DNA of 64,000 bases, taken from Octopus vulgaris. Its lineage: Eukaryota. Shown piece after piece: positions 35,463 through 49,924 of the stretch. The notes beneath the pieces are model-generated. The model had not been told where the DNA came from. It saw nothing but the letters and a program-made list of their open reading frames with translations, and did not search any database. Location of the stretch: contig OX597817.1 in NCBI GenBank assembly GCA_951406725.2, forward strand, positions 156,984,001 to 157,048,000, given 5' to 3'. Both the position numbers and the translations under genes were made by a program. Positions within the stretch are counted from its first letter, which is position 1, and every line of letters begins with the position of its first letter.

Positions 35463-38400
35463 TTGGCTTCATGTAGTTCACCATTTACCTCATTACATTA
35501 AAAAAAAAAAAAAAAAAAAACCCATGAGGATGGTATCTTTAGGATACCATGTTAATACTAGCATTACTACTCATTGCTGTAAGTCGAGTAAAAAAAATTT
35601 TTCCAAAATGGTAAAAGAATTACAACAGCTTCTAACTTATTTAATCTTTTCACATTCATTCTTCAAGTCAAATTCTATTACAACTGCTTATCTCATTCTC
35701 CTCTGATGTAAGGAGCACGCTAAGTCAACCTGCTGCTATGCTAGGATTAGAAACTGTCCAGATTAGATAAGAATGTCTATCTTACCCTAAGTGATATGGC
35801 TATATTCAAGGGATCATTTTAATTCATAATATCTAATTACTTAAAATATATTTCACTTAGCTATTATTTCTAGTATTATAATGCAGATTCCCTTAACCCT
35901 TTTGTTACCGTATTTAGAGATGCTCTGTGTTTCTTTCAATTTATTTTAAATATAACAAAGAATTTAGTAAATTAACTTAGTTATCATTAAGCTAGCGTCG
36001 AGTACATAAATCATGACTAAAGTTTGGAAGATTTTGATTCAAATCTTATGAAAAAAAAAACATTTGCACTACAGAGCCAGAGGCAGTTTCAGCCGGGTTG
36101 GTATCGAAAGGGTTAAGTAACTTTTTGAAGCCAACTTGGATTTAGTTGTTTTATGAGTGACTCGAGAATCGTGACATTTTTAACAAGAACTCATTTCTAA
36201 TATTAAATGCAGACTTTACACATGTACATTAATATAAACATACATGCACATAGGATCTGGTTAGAAGAAACCCAATAGCTTTTAAATGTATAGAATATTA
36301 GCAACTATTGTCTTATGGCAGAGAACAATGCATGACATTTATAAACAACTGTTTTTAAAAAATGTCATCCAAATGCTACTATTTTACATGCATTTATGTA
36401 GTCTAACCAGGAAACTGTATGTTGCACATTGCACCATTTGAGACATTGCTGTAATTTCCTAACAAACCGCTGTTAGTTCATCCGGTGGGTGTAGTCTGGC
36501 AAATAATTTTTCTGAAGCAGCCCCAGAGCAAATAATTCAAAACTGAAAGGTCAAAGCATATTATATTGAGAAAGAAGAGCTGCTAAATCTTTTTTTCCTT
36601 TTAAGTAAAATCCATGACTTTTGCTGTATGAGCAGCTATGGTTGCTATATTACATGAACCCATGTATTACAACCATAGCTTTAATTCTGGGTAAGAGACA
36701 TCTATACATACAAATAACAGGCTCCTGCTTATCAAATTTCACCTACATAGCATTGATGAATCAAAAGCTAGAGATTGTAAAATACATGCATGGTTTGTTT
36801 TTGTATTGCACAGTGAATCCATGGGCCAGTGCATCTGATGACAGGAATAGTCACGGTGTTTCTTAGAACCACTAAAGGAGATGCAAAAATACCCCCAACA
36901 ATTAAATAATTGAGAAGGTTCATTTAGAGATCATAGCTCTAATAATCAGCAATGTTTAGTTCTTTAACCCACCAATTCAGCAGACCTAGGAATCAAAAGA
37001 GTCATCTTGACAGCACATTTAATTCGACAAGATATGACAGACTCAAAGAAAAGCATGTTTCACAATTAAAATAGGTTGAACCTCAGTAATTCTTCCCCAC
37101 TAGCATCACAAGAAATGTGTAATATTTAGTAACCAAAAGTGACTCATGTATTATCAAGCCATTTCCATCGAGATGAATGAGAAATTACATGGCAATAATG
37201 AGTCATGTTTGGCTACAAGTGCCAATGATTTATGACTAAAAGTATCAGGAGCACAGCTGCTGTCATCTACCACCAGATCTGCTACATTGCTTTAGAACCA
37301 AGAATGCTAACTTGTTACCATCTCAGTAACACCAGTGGCTTTGATGATCTAGCACTTACTGAAAATCCAATATATTGTTTAATGAGAAAGATCAATAGTG
37401 TTATTCAAAAGAATAACAAAACTAACATTTCAATTATAAACCCGAAAAGTGTCCATGGTTTACATAATCACTGATCAATGTCCTACCTACAGCTAAGACT
37501 GAACTGAACACTCCCACCCACCAAGAGGAAAAACCCAATTACTACAAAATTAGAATTATATAGATTGTGGAAGTTATTTGCAGGTTTTTATCTTTACTCC
37601 ATTATATATTTGATATATTCTATTGATTTTCTTAAGTTAGTGCCTAATTACAATGATGTTTCCTTGGATTTGAAAACTAAGACTGAATGTAGCACTATAA
37701 CCTGGTCACTAAATGCAAATTAGAAGCAACTAACCATCATCAAAAGTTCACAGGATTAAGTAAATTCACTGCAACAGTTGCTAAGTTATATTTCAAATTT
37801 GTTACTTAAAAGATTTCATTTTCTGACAAGGGGAAAAAAAAAAGCGAAACCATAAGATCAGAAAATTAACAAGGAATGCAAATCTAAAACAACATCAACA
37901 GCAATGTGGTTGGTACAAGTAAATCTCAGACTTTTTTTTATTTTAAATTCCATAAAAAACAAAATTCAGCATCAAACACTAAATTGAAGCAGTCCATGAC
38001 AAAAGAGCTTAAAAAGAAATTTCATATTAATGATCATCCTTAAGAACTTAGGTAGCAGACAGTGGCCTATCTCTTCTCACCAGTAGTTGAAAAATAGAAA
38101 ATCTAAAACAAAAAGGTCAAGAATGTTTGACACCATTCCTGTGTGCAGTAAAATGCAGTATCCAATTCTTCCTTGCAGTTAATCTCAGACCAAGTTATGT
38201 GGGTGCAACAGAAAGTTGACGTGATAATAGCAAAGAGAACTAGGCAAGTAACATTCAAGGCAATAATTCTAACACTATATATGTGTATAATATTAAAAGA
38301 GACAATGTAATTAAGACAAGAATAAATTTGAGGCCAAGCAACAAGACCTTATTACATTCCACAAATAAGACAGCAAGACCCCACTAAAAGTTACCTGGCA

Positions 38401-41400
38401 GGTTAGATTATAAAAACCAAAGATATACTAATGCACATAGTCTATCAAACAAGGAATGAAATTCCAGTTTCTGTAATACAAATGAATTTACCATGTGTAA
38501 AAATAAAAATTCCAAGTCATCTGGAATTGAGAATCACAGGCTTTTTCTGATGAGAAAAATATTTGTCAAAGTTTATCAGTATTGCATAGTGTGTAATCCA
38601 CAACAGAATGAGTATCAGTGAATTTAAATGTAGGAGAAATAAAAAGTGGATCTTAAATGAACGGGGTTAGTAGAAACTTTGTTTTTCAAAAGAGTATATA
38701 AAAAGGTTACAGCATACTTATTCTCAATGACCAGTGGAATGGATGTGCAGCTAAGAAATTGGATTCAAAGATACAAACAGAATGAAAGATTCACTAGGAT
38801 TACAATCAGGTGAAGGCAGCAAGTAAAACAAAAAAAACATGAAGACAGGCTGTGTTGCAAGACTTAAGTTACCAATATTCTGAAAACATGAGAATATTTT
38901 GGTGTACCACTCTAAACACCAACACAAACTGGATTCAATTGCCATATTAGATGTCAAGTCAGTTTTTTTCTTTTTCAACAAAAAATTGTTGGGTTTATTA
39001 AAATGTGTGTTTAAAATATAAAATTGCAATGATTTTAATTCTTACTTCATATGAAACTAAAAGACAATACTAAGATAAGTTAGGAATTTCTAATTTAGAT
39101 CTGAATGCTTCTCAAATGATTATCTCTGTAGATTTGAAGTATAATTAATGACCATCTCATCCACAACATATGGAATTTGTATGCATAGCACTAACAGGTT
39201 CAGTTATCCAAAACAGATAGCACCTCACTTTTGTGTAGCATGTGAAAAGATTGACAGCACCTGAAGAGTAATATATCAAGATCAAATAGTTGTTTGCGAA
39301 GATGAATACAAGTAAACAAAATAGATTCTAAAGCTTGGTAGAGGGGAAAAAAAGACTAATTGATAGACAAATTAACAGTACTTGCAGATATGTCCAATCT
39401 CTAAATTGTCCATTAATGTTCAAGAAAACAGAACTAAATAACTTGGCTTACAATTTTAAGCATTCGTTTTCATTTTAAATGGATTTAACAATCATGGTAG
39501 TCAGAAATTGTTTCAACCAGGTCGTCTGGACGTTAAGCCAACCAAGTAAATACACACTTGAAATAATGCTGACAGAAAATCCAGTGTTAAAAGTTTCTCT
39601 CCCAATTTAATTATATCCAGTAACTCACAAAATTATTTTACCTGAAAACAATACCAGAAATACAGTCAAATATTGTTTTAAGTCAAAGACAAGTGATACA
39701 TTGGTGATTTTACTTAATTTTCCTTAGTTACTAATGCTGCTACATTCAAACCCTTTTTGATAGCATAAGCTATAAACATCTCAAATCACTATTGATGCTT
39801 TTTTAGAAAATGAACTTAGGTATAACACATTTGATTTTAATTCAGTTAAGTCCAGTAAATTTTAATGTTAAAGTACTGCTGTTGGATAATCAAGTTTGGT
39901 ATCCCGAAGTTCATATTTACAAAATAGACCCTCATGCCAGTTCAAATACCAGAACCATAAGGACAAAATAGTAAACAAAGCTAAAGTTGTCATTTTGAAG
40001 GCAAATCTTACTTCATATGAAACTAAATTGATCTGTTTTAAATACATGTTTAAATTTGGCTTTAAGAAACTGAATTCACAGAAGAAAAATTGTTTCGTTT
40101 TTTTTTTTTCATCAGTAACTGAGACAAATAGCCAATGGAAAATAGCTTTAAAATGATCAAATAGCAAAACCTATAAAAGCTTTGCCTGAATAACCACTGA
40201 AGACTATTGAATATATAAAAATTAAAAATAAAAATATTTTCATCAATATAGAATTAAGAAGTAAAAGTCTTTCGGTAAAACATTTTATTTTATTAAAACT
40301 GATTTTCACTTGAGATCAAAAGCTTTAAATGGTTTCATTAAATGAGAATATCATGCAAATATAAATAATGGTTGGGAGAGAAGAGATTTGGGTACTAATT
40401 CTACAGTAACTTGCAAGAAGCAACTCAAAAGCAGAAGCTAAAAAATAAACATTTACCCATGATAATAAGAACCAGATGTCAGAAAAGTAATGTTTGAAAC
40501 TAATTTTGATTGGTAAATATTCAGTTAAAAATTTATAAATATATCCAACATAACTGAACTCTAAATTTTAAGCAGAATAAACTGACAAGTAGAAAAATAT
40601 TACACTAAATGACTGGGATTGAGGAGAGTACTAAAATATTTCAAGAATTCAGAACTTCATTAACTATTATGAGTTGATTAATTAACAATGTTAAAAACTA
40701 ATCTAATGTTTAGAAACTATCAAATTGGAGAAGGAAAAAAATAATAGTGTGAAATTCATTGCTTTCAAAACCAGTGCCTACATCTAGAGATGAATCTAAG
40801 AAGTTTTGAATGTTATACGGCTGAGTAAAAAAGAAAAATGTTCAAAGCAAAATCTTTAATCTAACTGAACACTAAGAAAACTTAGAGAAAAGTGCTACAT
40901 TGGTTTGAGCACTATTTGTATTGATTTTATTCATTTTTCAAATGCAACATGCAAATTGAGTTTGTGAGCAACAACTATAAAGATTTCACAAGAATCTTAA
41001 ATTTAAGAATAGTCTTAAAAAGTTAAAGATAGGATCTGTATAATACCTCTTCCCAACATTAACTGTATATATTTTTAAAAATATGAACACGAGCAGCATA
41101 GAAAAAATGCTTTAGTTTCTTTTCATCATATTCTTATTGGTGCAATAAAGAATATTTCCAAAATCTGCACAAGTTCTCACCTCAAACTAGCAAGAGACAC
41201 CTATTGTAGTCTCCAATAGCTGTGAAATACTTTAAGGGTCGAAAAAAAAAAAAAGAAAAAAAAAAGAAAAATCAATCTAATGAAGGAGGATCACTGGTTA
41301 AAATGCCAGGTTATCTTATGAGCAAAGTTTATTTGAAAAATGAATAAGTCAACCATACAGACTTCAAAAACAATCTGAGTTATCAGATGTCTTCACTTTT

Positions 41401-43406
41401 CTTAAAGCTGTTAAGAGAAAAATACAAATATTGAACTGAATTGTACAAAAAATTCTTTGTGCTAACTGATCAAAAGCAATTTTATTTTCTGAACACTAGC
41501 AGAGTATAGAGGAATATTGAATGTGTGCATGTATGGATGCTATTGACTTGTAATGTGTGTGTTCTGCAAAAAACAAAATTAAAACAAACTGTACTTCCAA
41601 ATGACTAAAAAGGTCATCCATATGGTATACAAAATATACGTACTCCAATGGAAAGATGGTACTGGACATTAAATAAACTGAGGGCTAATTCAATTTTTTT
41701 CTTCTGCAGACAGTAATTAAATAAACACTTCAGTTAAGTACTGCTAAAACTTGCAGTTGGAATTTAATCTTCAGAATTCATGGCAACATACAAAATGCAT
41801 TATTTCCACGGTAACAGTCTTGCCAGCGAATGCTTCAAGTACAATAAAAAATTCACTATCATGAAGGGAAAAGGGGGGAAAAACCCGACATCAAGTTTTG
41901 GTAATGTAGCAGTTGCTACGAATGACTTAATTTATATTCCCAGCAAACATTCATGTGAAAAAGGAATTGTGATTAACTGATAGCCAAGTGGGAAAAGGGA
42001 AGAGGTGAGAACAATTTGTAGCAAGAATCAGCATAGAATAAAAGTCAAATCCACAAGTACTGCTTAACAAAAACAGCCTTAAATGTGTTTTAATTGTAAG
42101 AACACAGAATTGATTTTATGTAGCCAACTCAAAATAATTAGTGCCAAGAAATATATTAAATTGTTATTTTTAGTCTTAAGACCAAGAAAGGAACTTTCAA
42201 TGAACAAGTTATTGGCAGAAAGCAGGCTGAATTTATTTAGGTACATCAGAGTTTGATCTAACTCAGTGAAATCTTTTATAAAAATGTGAACCTTACCCAA
42301 CAATTTATTTTGAATTTCTTTTTCCAGCTATCACAAAATCTTGACAAACTTCGCTAGCAACTCTTCAGCAACCAATTTGGATGAAAACGCATGGGGAGTA
42401 AAAAGCATGAAGATTTTTTTTTTTATTCTCACACCAATAAAGTATTGGACAACAGCACATGGAGAAAGGAACATTTATTTGGTATGTAGTTTAAAGAGCA
42501 TATCATGCCAAAATAGTAACCTCTGAGGAAATAGCAGGCCACAAGGCTCAATGCTAGTCACACCCCAATATTGGTCATTGTTAATATATATATATATTTT
42601 AAGTACTTGGGCCACAGAACTTTTGCACATGCTTTAACACAAAACACAACACTTGGATATGTTCAATGATAGAGCTAAATTCTAGCTAGAATAGCAGTCT
42701 CTGATTGGCCTGGATGCAGCAGACCGTTGCAGTACAAGAATATACTACAACTACTTAAACACTACAGCTGGCTAAAGACAGTAGTGTGCAGAGAGCAGCA
42801 CATACAGTGAGGCACTGCTGAGGCTACTGGATCCCGTAGTGCAACAGTAGCTTAACTGGAGTGATTGATTGGAATCAATAACCATCTGTAGGGGAAAGGA
42901 AGAGTTCACCAAGCAGAACCTTATTAAACTTGAAATATAAGAATGTAGATTTTCCCATTAAAGCTAGCAAATAGCTCAACTTAATTAATCCTTGATAGGA
43001 GTGTATTAATTTATATATGCACATGAAGAAACACTATGCAACATTAAGAAAGTGCATATATAACACCAACAGGCACATCTACATAGTATAAAGAAAAAGA
43101 TACCTGTTTATATTTTAATATTTGGCAACAGTACACTGATATTCTAACTAAAGTATCTGAAAGAATGGGTGGGCTAAGAATAAATTCCTAAATAATTTAA
43201 TAGTTCCTAATAAAATTTATTTGTTGATGCAAGAGAAGGCATCAAATTGAAGCCTCAGCAAAGATCGTCAGCAATATCACCATCAGATGGCTTTCACAGA
43301 ACTAGAAAGTAAGACATCTTGAGCTTGGTATAGGTAATAACAGTATGTGATGATGGTTGTTAGTACATGACCAAATGAGGTTCTGAAGGCTGCAGCCAGA
43401 CACATC

Positions 43407-43469
43407 TCAGTTATTATCTCCTCCTTCACCACCTTCTTCATCTCCACACTGTGTATCAGACGTCCATAG
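43407..43469 (-). CDS. 14-3-3zeta: 14-3-3 protein, coding exon 5 (terminal)
   Basis: tag|LWTSDTQCGDEEGGEGGDNN*. Confidence 0.93.
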   Translation of the reverse strand, partial: LWTSDTQCGDEEGGEGGDNN

Positions 43470-43544
43470 CTAGAAAAAAATTGAAAAAGAGATACCAATA
43501 AACCAATATTGAAACCCAAGTGGTTAAATTATTTTCATTAGCTA

Positions 43545-43868
<324 letters not shown>

Positions 43869-43952
43869 CTATTTAATATAAAAAAAAATTAAATTAGAGA
43901 AAGAGCAATACGTAATCAACTCTTTGAGAAAAAACATGGAAACATAACTCAC

Positions 43953-44116
43953 TTGTTTTGCTAAGCAACAGGCTTTTTCTGGAGCATTAAGAATTTCATA
44001 ATAAAATACAGAAAAGTTCAATGCCAATCCCAGTCGAATTGGATGTGTAGGTTGCATTTGGTTTTTAGCAATTTCAAAAGCGTCTTTGTATGCACATTGT
44101 GAGTGCCCTAAAACAC
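43953..44116 (-). CDS. 14-3-3zeta: 14-3-3 protein, coding exon 3
   Basis: cag|(G)[54 protein letters not shown]|gtgagt. Confidence 0.97.
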
Positions 44117-44673
44117 CTGGAAAACGAATAAGAAAAGATTTTAAGAGAAAGAAAGTAAAAAGTGACTACTTCCCCTGAATTTAAGAGCTCTGATAAGACA
44201 AGCAGTATATGAAAATAGAAATTACTCATAATCAGCATGGAAATAAAAAAAGCCAGCAGTGCATAAAAGAGCCGACTATTGTCTTTCATATAGGCGGCGT
44301 TACAGAGCCGATACATTCTCTAAACAAGTCTAATTTTCAATTGTAGCCAACGTACAATCACTGCATATTTACTGTGATTTTCACCATCAATTTCGTAATC
44401 CTTGTAAATTCCATAATTTTCTGATGAAGTCATAAAAAAATCCGCAATAGATTTTTCTATTTAAAATAATCAATGCATATTTCACATTTATTTTCAATTC
44501 GCTTTTCATGCGCCTTAATGTTCTTAAATGTTCTCACTAACTTAAATGAAAGCTGATGTTATGAGTCATCTATAAGACTTTACAAGAACAGCTGAGACAT
44601 TTGACGAAATATTGAGGTACTAAACGTATTACATTTCATAGATTAAAAAAAAAAAGACCATTTTAAACTTCAC

Positions 44674-44797
44674 CTTTCCTCTCTTCACCTTGGGCAACCT
44701 CTGCAAGATACCGGTAATAGTCGCCTTTCATTTTCAAATAAAATACTTTGCTCTCTGTAGTAGATGCTTTTGATATCAAATAGTTCTCAAGAAGTTC
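44674..44797 (-). CDS. 14-3-3zeta: 14-3-3 protein, coding exon 2
   Basis: aag|[41 protein letters not shown](G)|gtgaag. Confidence 0.96.
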
Positions 44798-46045
44798 CTT
44801 AAAAAGGAAAAAATTTCAATATGATATGTATATAAACAAATTTTCTCAAGGCTGATAAAACGCTTAAAAAATTTCCACATAACTTTCGCATTTTAAAAGG
44901 CTAAATCACAACTAAAAATATAACCAATTAAAAGTTACTTTATTTTTCTGAAACAAGATGAGTAGTTTAAAAATTTTTTTAATTCAATATGTTAGTTTTA
45001 CGTAAAAGATTTTTTAAAAAACCAGTATTTTTTTAAACAACGACTGTAGTAACGTTTTTTTTTTTAATTGAGCTAGTGACAATTGCTTTTGTCGAATATA
45101 GTAGTAATTGTATCTTTTGGACGACAGTATATTTTTAAAATTGAAAATGAAGTTTAATAGAAAAAAAAAACGAAAAGGACTATTAAAAATTCACTACGTT
45201 TAAAAGAAGCTGATTGTCCCAGCATGCCCACAGCCTTAACTTCCATCCACTAAAAAAAAATATATAAATATATGTAGACAAAACTTCATCTAATAAAGTT
45301 GATTCTTGTTTGCTAATTAGAATTGAGAAAACCAGACGTTCCAAAACTATGATAATTTAAACATTAAAATTCGACGTAAAAGCCTCATTTCTAAGAGGCT
45401 GGAGAGAAGCTAATTTACTACCCTCGCAGGTGAAGGGCGGCGGTGATGGTGGTAGGGGGGCGACTTACTGATTTCATTTTTTCTAGAAATTCATTTACTA
45501 TCCATGTAAATAAAAACCAGTGGTTAAATATTTCATGTAGAGGGGGAAACGGTCCACCGATCGGGAAATATATTTTGTACAACATATGTACAATGAAATA
45601 TGGAAGTGGTGGTATAAAAAAAAAAAGAAAGGCATCCTATACACAAAATTCAAGACATCCTATGTGTGTGTGTATATATAGTAACAACTGAACGGAACTA
45701 AAACCATTTAACAGATGTTTTGCAAACACAGAAAACGATATTACAAATGACAAAATTAATAATTCCCAATGTTAGGGAATTCTAACATCGATATTTATTA
45801 TTATATACCACAGCAGTTAGTGTAGAGAATCGAATTAAAAAGTCTGCTAATGCAAAATATAAGCGGCGACGACCAAAGTGAAATAAAACTACCATATGTA
45901 GACATAAGACGCTGCCTAGGTAACGACCTGAGGTCGTGTGATCCTAATTTAAAGACCGTTTTTAATGCCCATCATCACCTTAACAATCAAATATGTTAGA
46001 TTAATATCGGATGAGGTTACTACTACATTAAGTATAAAAAATTAA

Positions 46046-46435
46046 GGCGATCTTTCGTCTCTAGTAGACCTTTCCGTCGATTTCCGTAAAAATTTTTTTT
46101 TTTATTTTACATATGGGCTTGCGGGAACTTTTGAAGTAATGAGAGCGAAAGAGACTAAGAGAAAGCGATTGTATGACGAGGGAAGTTCTTTTGAAGTTAC
46201 CGTGCATGGGAAGCATTGATGGACATGTGTGTGTTTGATGGGGTGTGGGAGACAGAGTAATGTGTGAAAGAAAGAGATAACTGAAATTTTTTACTCGGTC
46301 TATGTGTATATGTATGTATGTGTGTGTGTATATGTATGTATATTACTTCAAAAGTTCCCGCAAGCCCATATGTAAAAAAAAAAAATTTTTTTTACGGAAA
46401 TCGACGGAAAGGTCTACTAGAGACGAAAGATCGCC
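46046..46435. mobile_element. Foldback/MITE-like element with about 95-bp terminal inverted repeats in 14-3-3 intron 1
   Basis: 46046-46140 and 46342-46435 are reverse complements apart from the poly-A/T run. Confidence 0.85.
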
Positions 46436-48300
46436 AAAATTAATGTATATATTATTTACAAGTGATATCTAAATCTAAATCCATAAGCACATTCCAGAGA
46501 TACCTGATACCATCTGTAAACAGTTTTAAATATATAATAAAGAGGTTTGGGGGGGACGGGGATTCGGATATGATTCCTAAATTTCATTATTAAACAACAC
46601 ATTTCGAAATTAATTGACGAGGAAACAAATGGGGGGAGGACGCCAGCAAATAACTGCATTGCAACGAAAGATGGAAATCAATAGTTATTGCAAAAATGGA
46701 TCTGCGTATATGTTATAATAAGCCAGTGCAATCCTAATATATAAACACGCAATTATATATATATATATATATACATACATGTGTGTGTGTAGCAATTAAG
46801 GGGTAAAACTAATTAATTACGAAGTAATCAATAAATTATTTCACCAATGTAGAATTCGGTATGAAAACAGGACCGTTATACGGTAAATTCTAGTAATACT
46901 TAATATTATTGAGGGGTCAGCAAAAGAAATGCATCACCACATACCTGTGTGTGTGTGTGTATGTGTATACACACACACACATCAAGAATAGAAGACAATC
47001 TTTAAGGAAATAGGACAAATGTGGATAAATGGTAAATATGGCGCTTTTCAAGAGGATAAGCGATGCGATCCCATCTTTTACAATCAGGTCTAACGCTTCA
47101 TTCATTGTGAACCTATTTCAGTATCTCAACTGCATCTGGCTGTAGTGTTCAGTACTGGACAGCATTGCTGCTGAAGAAATTCCTTAATTCTCCACACACG
47201 CCATATATCATCAAACGAACTCAATTCCAAGACTTCCTGCAACCCACACAGAAAATTTCTTTAATGATAAAAGCACCACCATTCTCATTTCTCCCTCCAT
47301 CCCATCTCAGCTCAGCGATGAAACGAGCCGATTAAACCGAGTAGTAGCAAAAATTGAATGAGAAGAAGAGGTAGGGAGATGGAAATAAAAAAAATCTTAG
47401 GGAGAGAAAGCTTGAGGTGTTAATAAATAAAGGAGTTGGAAGGATGCGATGCGAGGAACTGTTGCCGCCCACTTTCACCGAAGCACATTTTCTAGAATAA
47501 TCTGAGCCTGAATGAAATATAATGATGCCCGAAACCTGAAGAACCCCCAGAAACATTTTTAAAAAATCTACGACATCATCCATTGAGTTGGGGTGATTTC
47601 AGATGAGAGATAATTGAGAATAAAATGCTTATTAAACCCAAGATAATTCAGACAAGCGACGCTCAATAAGATTCAAAGATGAGAGATGAACCGTTTTTTT
47701 TTTTTGTTCTTCTCCTATTCTAATTATACGTCTTTTATTATTATCAGTGGCATTTGAGATGAAATGGCTTACAACTGTAACGCCATTCAGTAGCAGTCAA
47801 CTCGGCGACTGGTACCACTGACATAGCAGTAGACATTATCTCTAATACCATTGTACATCGCATTGAAGCTTGGAATTGGTCGATAGCACCACCACGAAAT
47901 ATGGCCAAACAGGACGGAGAAGCAAAATAAATAACATATCCATTCATTTATAAAGTGTTTTAGCATCGTATCTTCGTTTAATTGCTTACTTTCGGTTGAT
48001 TTATGAGCTCGGGGGGAGATGTAGATGGAACAAACCAGCCATTGAGTCTGGAGATGACTGGCTGCAGTGCATAATGAAGCGGATGCTGAGTGAATGAGTA
48101 GCTAAGAAAGGAACGGTTTCCCTTCCTTAGGTGGCATTAAACAAGCTGCTTGCACTCAGCGAATTGAGACGAAATAAAGGAGATGAGATTTATAAATGAA
48201 ATAAAAAAAACAGGTGATAATAATAATAATAATAGACTACGAAGTAAAAGTAGGGGATGCGAAAGACGAAAAAAGTGAGGAGAATGAATTACTCGCTTAC

Positions 48301-48612
48301 CAATACTTCTGTACAAATTGCTTTAAGTTCTAGTTCAACCTTTTCACGGTAATGCTTAGCCATCGCAAGCTTCCTCTCACAGTTTTCTGCTTTCGATTCA
48401 ATACTGGAGATGACTCTCCACGATGACCGGCGTGCACCGACGACATTTTTATAAGCGACCGATAGCAAATTCCTTTCCTCGTTGTTCAATTCTACTCCGT
48501 TTTCTGTCACTTTTTTCATAGTTACGGCCATATCATCGTAGCGTTCAGCCTGTTCGGCTAATTTTGCTTTCGCTACTAAATCCTCCTTTGAGTTACCGCT
48601 CTGTTCTGTCAT
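48301..48612 (-). CDS. 14-3-3zeta: 14-3-3 protein (zeta-like, non-epsilon), coding exon 1; full protein 252 aa
   Basis: [29 protein letters not shown]…[28 protein letters not shown]…ICTEVL|gtaagc. Confidence 0.97.
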
Positions 48613-48616
48613 TTTC

Positions 48617-49223
48617 CTAAGAAATGTAAGAGCAAATGGAAATTCAAAGATGTAACAAACGAATTTCAAGGTTAAACTTCCACCTTTTACAAAGATGGCG
48701 GATACACAGAACCAATCACTAAGACCTGTGACATCATTTATTATTACGCCGTCAAAATTTTATAATGTCGATTAATTCATTATAGTTAACAGCCAATAAA
48801 TGTAGAAAATCTTAACTATTTCAATGATGAAAAATTTACTTACAATTTCAAAATTATATTCTTGGAAGTTAAAGTAGAAAGACTGGAACTATATTGCGGA
48901 TGACTACAGAGAAGCGGTCTTTATATCTCATAGATTCTTTCTCCTCAGAGGGGGTTCCCATTTGTAAGACAGGGTAGGCTGATCTGACGTCAAGGTTACC
49001 ATGGTCGACGGCAGTGACATAAAAGGATAAATTCTAAATAAAAACATTAAACAACAGTTATCCATTTAATTCAATTATTTATTAAATAAATAGCGAAATA
49101 TATATTTTTCTTAAAATATAGCAACGTTTTCTGAAAAAACTTGTACATTCCATCATCCCTTTCAAATTAGTCTGACTTCCGGTTCCGTTAGTCCATGTGC
49201 GATTCACAAGTAACACGTCAAAT
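48617..49223. promoter_or_regulatory. Bidirectional promoter region between 14-3-3 and MRTO4
   Basis: Divergent ATGs 612 bp apart. YY1-type AAGATGGCGG 48692-48701, CCAAT 48712 and 48793, CRE TGACGTCA 48985-48992, X-box-like GTTACCATGGTCGAC about 48995, ETS ACTTCCGG 49175-49182. Confidence 0.65.
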
Positions 49224-49251
49224 ATGCCGAAGTCGAAACGTGACAAGAAAA
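49224..49251 (+). CDS. MRTO4: mRNA turnover protein 4 homolog (60S biogenesis factor), exon 1
   Basis: MPKSKRDKK(I)|gtaagt, the conserved Mrt4 N-terminus. Confidence 0.93.
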
Positions 49252-49359
49252 GTAAGTTGTATTTTAATTCTAATTAACTTGTCTTTAATCAATTACAATT
49301 ACCCAGCATGATGAAACTCTGATTCTTAAAACTACTTGTATTTTTCTTCGATTTGCCAG

Positions 49360-49418
49360 TTTCTTTGACCCGGACGATCAAGAAAGGTTTAGAAGGAAAA
49401 CAACAACTTATACAAAAT
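49360..49418 (+). CDS. MRTO4: MRTO4 exon 2
   Basis: cag|(I)SLTRTIKKGLEGKQQLIQN|gtaggt. Confidence 0.92.
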
Positions 49419-49924
49419 GTAGGTATAATCTTTTTGCTTTCAAATTTTCACGAATAATTTCTTAAAATGTTGTTACGGTTTAACCCTTTAGTATTTAAAC
49501 CGGCCATATCCAGCCAAAATAGCTAATCTGTTTTATGTTCAAACTGACCAGATCCAGGCTCTCACACCTACCCTACAATGTTATTCTACATTAAGTAATT
49601 ACACCATCAAGATCTTGAAGATATGAGATGATGCATGATTAATTCAAATCAATAAGCATTATGTTTGATAGAATAATCTGAACACTAAAGGGTTAAATAT
49701 TTACTGTTATTAATTTGGATTATGAACCAGAAGAGAGCAAAAGAAATCGTTTCTTTTGTATTGAGTTCCAAATTTAAAATGACGATTGAATAAGCGAAAG
49801 AATTAAAATTGTATTTTAATTCAAAGCTTTGTCAATCCGACAAAATTGAAATAGAATGTAACACAAGTCTTAATTTTACCTTTACTGAATTTAAACAAAA
49901 AAAAAAAAGCTCCTTACTATTATT

